DNA from: Octopus bimaculoides
Lineage: Eukaryota
Direction: 5' to 3'
Assembly (NCBI RefSeq): GCF_001194135.2
Contig: NC_068997.1
Span: 22,459,115 to 22,523,114 of the forward strand
Length of the DNA stretch: 64,000 nucleotides
Under the pieces are notes generated by a model that was not told the origin of the DNA, did no database searches, and was given only the letters and a program-made list of their open reading frames with translations. Below are positions 55,191 to 64,000 of the stretch, in pieces; positions within the stretch are counted from its first letter, which is position 1, and each line of letters begins with the position of its first letter. A program made the translations under genes and the position numbers.

Positions 55191-55611
55191 ATTGTGTGAC
55201 TGTTTACTATATCATAGACTATGATATCATAAAAGACGATTTTTGAAATAATATTTGCAGCACAATCGACGTAAGATTTAAGAGTTTTATAGTTTATACA
55301 GATGTATACCTGTAAAAGTACACACTAGTTAATATTATTGTATGATATACGGGAGATAGAATATAGGATGTAAATCTAAATGATACACACACTCTAAAAC
55401 ACACGCGCACGTACAAATACAAAGATGAATACACACAAATACACACACAAACTCAAACACACGCATACACACAATCACCCCCCCCCACACACACACACAC
55501 ACAGATGCATTTGTGTGACTCTTGTCCTTATTAAATTGACCCATATTATGCACACTGAAAATCTGACATGCAAATTATTTCTTCACTTTCGTTTTCTCTC
55601 TATATATATGT

Positions 55612-55680
<69 letters not shown>

Positions 55681-56479
55681 ATTATTTAATAGACACTATA
55701 CATGTATTCATGTGCTACTAATAGTGTCATATGTTGAGAAATACCTCAAATATGTTCATTAGGATGAAATCACATATAACGAACTAAAAATTGAATGAGA
55801 GAAGAAACGCAATTGAGAAGGAAGATTATAGTAAACGTGGAAGGTTAAAAAACGGAAAACGATACAGTAAAATGTAAAATTGATAAAATTGGTAAAAGAG
55901 TTATCCTCCGCATTAAATTATAAGGTTGCAAAGATATCAACAAGTTAATCAAGTATGGGCAGAATTTTCCCGTTCTTCAGAATGTATTTAGACATATCTT
56001 TACAACTGCTGAAAATTTCAGACCCAGAGATCTGGAATGAGTTAGGGATCTTAGATTTGAAAAGGATCTGAGGTCCTTCAACTAAATATAGCTTACATTT
56101 ATTTGATGCGTTAATATGAAGTGTGAATTTTTAAATTGACTTCCATTAAATCACATGTGGTGTTGTGTTTCATCTCAGAATCACAATTTAAATCAACCCT
56201 CTCCCTTTCATTCCCAAATTTTTCATCCCATATGCGACGTGTCAATGTCTTTCTGGTTTCTTCTCTCATTTCTTATCTCCATTGTTTAATCAACCATTTG
56301 TTCGCTTTCAGTATCTGTTATTTTTATCATGTTACCTCTGTAAACTCGCCACTCTCTTTTCCTCTTTTCAACATTATTTTCTTGCTATCAGAAGGATTTT
56401 TCAGGGAGACTGACCGTCACCCCTGCTTTCTGCCTTTCTCTGATCCCCGCCAACAAACTTGTTATACGAAAGCACCATA

Positions 56480-56930
56480 GGTTATAGGTGCTACGGACTA
56501 AAAATAAGCCACCTCCTGTACATGGATGATCTAAAACGTTTCGCTAAAAGCACCATGGAACAGGGAAACCTTATCAAATTGTTCAGAGTTTAAGCAATGA
56601 CATCAGAATGATATGGGGCTGGACAAATGTGCCACAGTCACACTGACAAGAGGCAAACTATTCTGCACTGAAAACACTGCACAAATATCTCTAATTTCTG
56701 TGTCTATGCCGACATAGACACAGAAATTAGAGAATTAAACCACAACCACCCACACAAATATCTAGGAATAGACGAAACAGCTAAAATACAACATACAGAA
56801 ATGAAAGAGAAAATGAGGAGAGAGTATTAAAGATGACTTAGACTAATATTAAACACTGGACTTAATGCTAAAATAAGAAGACAAGAATAAACTCGCCAGC
56901 CATACCAGTCATAAGTTCCAGTTATATTAT
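56480..56930 (+). mobile_element. R4/Dong-clade reverse transcriptase fragment
   Basis: GYRCYGLKISHLLYMDDLKRFAK (YMDD at 56519-56530), SNDIRM..GLDKCATVTLTRGKL, IRELNHNHPHKYLGIDE..IQHTEMKEKMRREY*R*LRLILNTGLNAK; frameshifts and stops. Confidence 0.92.
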
Positions 56931-57084
56931 GGAAAACTATAAAACAGACGCATTGAATAAGTACCAGGTTTAAATAAAAATTGTTGGGGTGGATTCCATC
57001 CGCTAAGAATTCATCAGAGAAGTTCCCCACCATGGTTGTAGTCCAGTGTCCGAGACAAGATATAAACGATAAAGATTTGCATCA

Positions 57085-57128
<44 letters not shown>

Positions 57129-57879
57129 NNNNNNNNNNNNNNNNNNNNNNNNNNNNNNNNNNNNNNNNNNNNNNNNNNNNNNNNNNNNNNNNNNNNNNNN
57201 NNNNNNNNNNNNNNNNNNNNNNNNNNNNNNNNNNNNNNNNNNNNNNNNNNNNNNNNNNNNNNNNNNNNNNNNNNNNNNATATATATATATATATATATAT
57301 ATATAAACACATATATATATATATATCATAGAGAACAGAAATCACTTCTGTTGAATAAAATCTCGTATTGTTCTTAAAACTGTTGTATTTTATTTCCTCT
57401 AATGATAGACAAAAAATAGGCTAATAGCGAAGTGGATACAACATGATACGCTCCAATGTAATGGGTATCCTCAGATATCGACTCATCGCTACGCAATAAT
57501 TCTATTTACGCACTGAGAGTGAATTCAGAACGTTAGAGATTTTCAAAAAGATACAAATTGTGTAATGTAATATAAGATTTAACTAGTGTACGATAAACAT
57601 CTGCATGTTTATGTGTGAGGGGTGGTGGATTTATGTATGCGTGTGTGTGGAGCGGTTGTATGTGTGTGTATGTGTGTGTATGTGTGTGTATGTGTGTGTG
57701 TGTATGCGAAGTGTATGGACTCAGAGATATGAAACATCTTATTACATAAGTATGTAAATTTATTTCGTTTCGGGCGAATTTAGTGAGATACATGAAACTT
57801 TTACTCTTTTCTAAAACACAAGACATATATATATATATACGCATACATACACACCCACACACATATGTATATATATATG

Positions 57880-57945
<66 letters not shown>

Positions 57946-58010
57946 CAGACAAATTCAAATACACAGACACGCAGGAAGTAAATAGACACCTTTAATTTAA
58001 TTTTCAAAAT

Positions 58011-58394
58011 CTTTTATTTGATATTAATTGGTTGAAGGAGAAGTTTTCTTCTAGCTGCTCGTCCATAATACACAAGCTTATGCAGATATGTAACACATGT
58101 TCTTGGACTAACTTCTAGCTCTTTTGCAATGTCAGAAGCCTTTGAACTGGGTTCGTTTTCCACAATTCTCTTCAAACAGAGAAGCTTCCTTTCCGAGGGC
58201 CCAGGTCGGCCGGGACGAGAATCTGTTAATTATTTTCCTTGGCTTTTGAATTGTACCATAATTCTATTAACAGTAGCAAGAGGAATTTGAAGATTTTCGG
58301 CAATTTTTCGCTGGCTAAGACCAGCCTCAGATTGCCCAACAATACGACCTCTTTGAAAATCTGACAGTTCTGCTGAATTTTTTGTGCCTGGCAT
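58011..58394 (-). mobile_element. Tc1 transposase N-terminal third
   Basis: [97 protein letters not shown]: paired-like HTH, GRP motif, one stop. Confidence 0.93.
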
Positions 58395-58500
58395 GGTTAC
58401 CATTCACAAATGTTTAATATAATGACACATAGAATGGAAAAAAAATACTCCAGAGATTTTGAGCCGTTCTTGACTTTTACTTAGGCACGTTTTCTCTCTG

Positions 58501-58750
58501 TCAAGCCTTGCAGGGTATTTGGCCATGAAGTGATTTTCCTCTCCATTTCTTCTTGAGTATCTTTTTTAATTCAGTTCTCATGTTGATTTTTGTCTCTCTG
58601 ACACCCATCAGTGTGCCAGTGTAGGTTGCTTCTGTTTTGCATTTTGTCGTCTTGTGTATAGAGAAAATCGTTTTCTTTTCCTCGTGTTGCTTTACGACAT
58701 GCAGTAGTCTTTCAATATTCGTTTCTAAGTACTTTGCTAGTTCAAATGCA
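58501..58750 (-). mobile_element. R4/Dong-clade fragment (post-RT linker)
   Basis: IERLLHVVKQHEEKKTIFSI...KKKWRGKSLHGQ; W..K.LHGQ is characteristic of the region before the CCHC finger in R4-clade ORFs. Confidence 0.7.
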
Positions 58751-58759
58751 ACTATAAAA

Positions 58760-58841
58760 TAAGTGCCTGTTAACCATTGGGGTCGAGGTAATCGACTCAT
58801 CAACTCCCTCGAAACTGCTGACATTGTGCAAAAAGTTTGAA

Positions 58842-58872
<31 letters not shown>

Positions 58873-58900
58873 TTACTACTACTACTACTACTACTACTAT

Positions 58901-58971
<71 letters not shown>

Positions 58972-58972
58972 T
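58760..58972 (+). mobile_element. family B SINE 3' end with long (CTA)n tail
   Basis: ggggtcgaggtaatcgactcatcaactccctcgaaactgctgacattgtgcaaaaagtttgaaac followed directly by (TAC)n to ~58972. Confidence 0.8.
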
Positions 58973-60927
58973 TTAAACCATATTTACTGAATCAAATTTC
59001 AAACTTAATCCACTATAATTTTCTTACAATCTCTAGTAATTTTATGTGTCTGCCAAACTTATTCACCTGAGAACTTATAGAATTTCATATTAAAAATATA
59101 TCAGTACTTTTGAGAGATAAATATGTATAATATTCTTTTGCACAACGACGTGTAACTCTCAAGACATAAACACTGTTGAATTATCTATTTGCTGACACGT
59201 GTGTTTCTATGACTGCATGAGTTCACGTGTGTTACATTGTCATCAAGGGATCCTATATCAAAATGCAGGGGATTTGATCCTAAAATCGAACTCCTGCGAG
59301 TTAACATGGGATCTCTTGACGGTAGTATAACCTTCATTTGACTAAGGTATCTTCGGCTAATGAGTAACTAGCGGAGTGCCCCTCGTTGAACAATTATTAC
59401 TTCCTAGGTTCTGCTAGTTACGAAACATGTAGCCTGGATTTTACCTATTCCATTCCCTAACTTTGGATATACACCCCACACACACAAATTCTCTTCGCGG
59501 TGGATCTACATATACATGTGTATGTGCGCGCGCGTGTGTTTGTGTATTACTGTCAGTTTCTAGATCTTGTTATAATAGAAATTATTTAACATTAAACCGA
59601 AGGGCTATTCAATACTGTTTGTAGAGAACATATTTATTAGAGACTAACATGAATAGAAGTGACAATGACTTCGAAGTTTCGGCTTGCTAGCCTACCTTGG
59701 ACTGTAGAAAGTTATCTGGCTAATGGTGTGAGAAATATACATATATATATATATATATATAATTAGTTAATTTGTAATATAGAACGCAACTTCTGTTTAA
59801 CAACAAGATATTTTTGTTGCCAACTTTTTTTATTCTTGGCAGAATTACGAGTCAACATAGTTACCAATTCTTTTGTATATTGATGTATTCATTCATAAGA
59901 AAAACTTGGTAATATCAAACAATGAGATCCATTGTCTATAGGCATTATTTATTTTCTGTTTCCTTAAATAAGACTTAAACTGTAAAGACCAAGTTTGTAT
60001 TTAAATTTGAAAACATATAGCTGTCCGTCTTTTCTTTCACTAGAACCTTACAATGCCATTTGGCTTGCCAACGTTTCCTCTATTGCTTAAATCCTACGTG
60101 TGCCAACCGTCTTGTTTATAGAGGATACTTTCCTACCTACTATCTTTCTTAATGATCTATCCACAATTATTCAGGCACAAACGCACACACACGTACACAC
60201 ATATATATCTGCATTTATGTGGAGAGGGAAGTGTTGCTTTGTTGCAAGTTTGTTGAAATGTGGGTGAATGTTGGAAGAATGGCCAGTGTGAAAGGACCAA
60301 TTCTGAGCATACATCAGTGAGAAATAAAAGAAGGGTTCTTGCCCTGTTGATCCACAAGGACCTTAAAGCGCCTCCCCTACTAGGAGTTATTTAATTTGTT
60401 TAATTTGTTATTGTTATATATATTGATTACACGGTGTAAAACCCATTGTGTCGTCCTGTTTTTGTCTTTTATGTTGTTGCTTGTCATTTAATGTTGTTTA
60501 ATGTGAGACTCGGTGGCTAATAAAAGAATTTATTATTATTATTACCATTATTATCATTTGGCGTTGCTTCGCTTTTTTTTTCTTTCAACGTTCAAGTGAC
60601 ATTATATCTTTAAGATTATTTTTCATGTTAACGCCACGATACATGTCTTCAGACTTTCTCTTATCCAAAGTGATTACGCTTAGATAACATATTGAATTCT
60701 GGTGCACATTATTCTGTGATAATCGATTTTGAATGCTCAGATTAAGTAGCACAAAGACAAACAAGATGGTAACTTAAAATACAAATATATGCTAACCACC
60801 ATACAACAGCTGCTGCCAAAATGCATTGGTCAGCTTCGAGCAAATCGAAGAGGTATTATTGAGGTTTACTGTAAACACAACTGCGCACAACGACACCCAT
60901 CTTATGTTATATAAACACGTACATATA

Positions 60928-61148
60928 CAGTAATGCCTCGACTATCGCGTGTGTTAGGTTCCAAAACCCACGATAGGTGAAAATCCGCGAAGTAGAAACA
61001 GTACGATACTGTATATTTTTTTAATATTATTTTTATAATTTGTATATATTTATTTTATTATAAATGCAAAACAACACCACAAAGGAACCGATGTAAGCTA
61101 AAATAATAAACCGCGATAAGTGAAACGCGATATTGCGAGGGATTACTG
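60928..61148. mobile_element. Tigger/pogo-type MITE (MER2-like), 221 bp, TA target duplication
   Basis: TIRs CAGTAATGCCTCGACTATCGCG and (rc) CAGTAATCCCTCGCAATATCGCG; TA at 60926-60927 and 61149-61150; subterminal ggttccaaaaccc resembles MER2. Confidence 0.9.
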
Positions 61149-61482
61149 TACAAGTATTACCCGTATATATATAATGATAAATATTTTATATATACATTAT
61201 ATAAAGTATATATCTATTATACACCTACAAGTATATGCGTGTAGTATTTGCGTCGAGTCTCTGAGAGACTGTAATCATTGATGAATACAGGAACATTAAT
61301 TTTTCTGACAGACACATACACTCACACACAGAGAGAAGCCTGCAAGCGCGCGCACACACACACACACGCACGCATGCACGCAAAAACACACACACAAGCA
61401 CACACATATATAACCAAGGATAAACTCTTTATAAGATATTATGAAGTACACAGCATGTAATAAAACCATATAGGTAACAATT

Positions 61483-61824
61483 AATACAAAATATTATAAT
61501 TCTATAAATATAATTATAAGGGGACCAATGAGTAGCGACACATGCTAGAAATAGTCACCAAATGGTTCCAAGAACTACAATATTTACGCCATTAACACCT
61601 GTGTTATACTATAATGATAACAGTAAAGAGGCTTACATCTCTAAATTGAAATCGATCTATAGTTAAACTCTTTTTTTAAAAACTATCTTATTTGTTCACT
61701 TCCTTCGGTTTCAACCCGTGCTAATGGGTTATTAATTTGTTCTTAGAGCCATTTGGCGTCTATTTCTAGCATGTAGCACTCATTAGTGTCCTTATTATAA
61801 ATATATTTATATAATTATGTATTT

Positions 61825-61830
<6 letters not shown>
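61483..61830. repeat. foldback with ~115-bp imperfect inverted arms
   Basis: ggaccaatgagtagcgacacatgctagaaatagtcaccaaatggttccaagaac (61522-61575) versus rc of gttcttagagccatttggcgtctatttctagcatgtagcactcattagtgtcc (61739-61791); similarity extends into both flanks. Confidence 0.85.
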
Positions 61831-61856
<26 letters not shown>

Positions 61857-62002
61857 CAAATACACAATCACGTTCCTTTCTTTACTCAGCCAACTGAGTA
61901 GCCTGAAATATCTGTTTTTGCTTCCCTTTAGCCTTATTAATTTCTTTACAAGTATATATACATTACAAGTATCTCAAACAATTGTCTTATAGTCTTATAT
62001 AT

Positions 62003-62203
62003 TGGTTTCTAATTTTGGCACAAAGCCAGCAATTTCGGGGGTGGTTTAAGTCGATTAAATTCACACCAATGTTCAACTTATAATTATTTCATCGACCACG
62101 GAAGGTTGATAGGCAAAGTCAACTTCGACGGAATCCGAAAGTAAAGAGGGACGAAATCCCGCAATTTACCCGGCGTGTTAAAGATTCTGCTAGCTCGCCG
62201 CCC
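62003..62203 (-). mobile_element. family B SINE, near full length
   Basis: ggtttctaattttggcacaaagccagcaatttcgggg...ggcaaagtcaacttcgacgg...gattctgctagctcgccgcc. Confidence 0.88.
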
Positions 62204-62381
62204 TTATAAAGAAGCAAGGAAACCTCTATAATGAATCAAACTCTATATCTCTCAAACTACGCCAGAGCACTCTGTTTCGAGACAGATTCTTCAACCCGAA
62301 CTTATGGCAGGACACTTAAGAGTAGACCAAGAACGAGATGCTTGCATAATGTATACAATTTCGGTTGGTTGGTCACGGTAG

Positions 62382-62441
<60 letters not shown>

Positions 62442-62684
62442 ATGATCTTCAAATAGGCAGATAACATCAGTCGCCAACTCAAGCTTTGCCTTAGCTATGG
62501 ACAAATACAGATGTTCGTGTAAGATTGCATGTATTCATGTATGTATGTAGGTACGTAGGTATGTATGTGTGTATGTATGTATGTATGTATGTATGCAAGT
62601 ATTTGTGTTGTATATATCAGAATACATATATACATGCATGTGTATATATGAATATATATAAGTATATATCCAATTGTATATACT

Positions 62685-62717
<33 letters not shown>

Positions 62718-62784
62718 GTAGATGTGTGTGTGCGTGTTATATATATATATATAACACGCACACACACATATACGCACACACATG

Positions 62785-62838
<54 letters not shown>

Positions 62839-63096
62839 GAGAGAGAGGAGGGTGAGAGTGAGATAGATAGAGATACGCATTTCCTCTGCTTACCATTATT
62901 TATCAATTAACCTGCTTTCCATCCAATGAGTAGTTTATGGTTATAAGTACCACGTGTTATATATCATGAGCCAATTGTACGGTACATTCGATAATACGAG
63001 TAGCAAAAATATTTTATCTCAGCACTACATTAAGTGAGTGTGTGTGTGTACGAATATATCCATATGTGTGTGTCAGTATGTTTATGTGTATTCATG

Positions 63097-63135
<39 letters not shown>

Positions 63136-63429
63136 ATTTACATAATTAATAAAATTTATTTGACAACACCCATTCACACACATATTGAGCCAACAAATGA
63201 CAAATGAAACTTGATATAAAGAAAAAAAGAAACTATTTGAATTGGATAAAATTTAACGTTTTACGAATTTATTCTTTTGCATTAGTGTAGGCAAAACACA
63301 ACTTTTGTGTTTGTATGTTTGTATTGTTTTATAAAATAATATACTAGTTTGTTTACATTTTTCTTTCTCCTTTTTCTTCATGCCCTTTTTCTTGGCTTAA
63401 TATTTTTTTTCTTTTTGTAATATTTTCAT

Positions 63430-63760
63430 CCATCATTGTCTGATTCCCATTCTCAGAAATGTCTCCAGATTGAAATATGTTGGTTTGCCACTCTGCTTAT
63501 GGGGTTTCCGTTCCTCAACATTTTTTTCCATTTCGAAAAATCTACTTGCTTTTCATCGCCTTCAATTGCATTAACATTTTCAAGACTATCACTTCAGAGC
63601 CAAGTTCGTTTTCTAAATCTATGTAGTTATATTTTTCAGAAGTTTTCGTTGTTCTCATCTTCAGTCTCATTTTAATCTATCAAAATTCTTTAAACTGCTT
63701 CAGTGAAACTGAAGATCTTCGTATTTGTGAATTTCATATTTCAGGAAGGAAATTCTCTTG
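63430..63760 (-). mobile_element. possible decayed piggyBac-like transposase N-terminus
   Basis: KIFSFTEAV*RILID*NETEDENNEN...IDLENELGS...EGDEKQVDFSKWKK: an acidic N-terminus followed by W.K as in PGBD proteins; no catalytic motif seen. Confidence 0.2.
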
Positions 63761-64000
63761 CAATTACCATCACCAATACAGACTAACAAAAAGATTGTGC
63801 TTTTTCACACACTCTTTCGCATTTGTTTTGTGTTATTTCGACAGGTTTGTGGATTGTCAAATTCGACAAAGCTTTTGACAAAATGGGAAGCAGTAATTTT
63901 CAACTATGTTTCAAAACTTTGAATTCAGATCTTGCCGAGCGGAACTTTGTTTTCCACCCTTCCTGATTTCATGAAATAAAATACCTGCTAACGCAAGTTA

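Noticed and set aside
31172-58394. Tc1 C-terminus (31172) and N-terminus (58011) as one split element
   Set aside because: They have the same strand and order, but lie 27 kb apart with many unrelated insertions and no catalytic core between; independent truncated copies are the simpler explanation.
60440-60560. AATAAA followed by (TTA)n, resembling a retroposon 3' end
   Set aside because: No upstream coding or family similarity recognised.
67-63675. Most ORF-track entries (poly-YI, HT, CV, LS, N, L, M and X-runs)
   Set aside because: Translations of microsatellites, low-complexity tracts and N-gaps; no coding signal.

Overview
Non-coding, AT-rich, microsatellite-saturated animal genomic DNA from a gapped short-read assembly (19 N-gaps, nearly all abutting (AT)n, (AC)n or (ATAG)n). 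The repeat families look like octopus/cephalopod elements; this is an inference from recall, not from a search. No intact protein-coding gene, RNA gene, CRISPR array or prokaryote-type system is supported, and almost all ORF-track entries are microsatellite or N-run artefacts. What can be supported is transposon debris. It includes five Tc1/mariner transposase fragments plus a mariner-derived MITE, a decayed pogo/Tigger transposase and a Tigger-type MITE with TA target duplication. It also includes a decayed PIF/Harbinger transposase, three R4/Dong-clade non-LTR fragments, several tRNA-derived SINE families and other MITEs. A few exon-like segments on the minus strand hint at an unidentified spliced transcript (low confidence). 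The most unusual signals are four or five local foldback or inverted-copy structures, a Dong-like LINE sitting in a (TAA)n array, head-to-tail SINE pairs, and a degenerate ~104-bp tandem repeat whose conserved core is an ETS-like plus GATA motif. I found no convincing new multi-gene system. Family names are from recall and need a Dfam/Repbase check; element boundaries are approximate unless stated otherwise.
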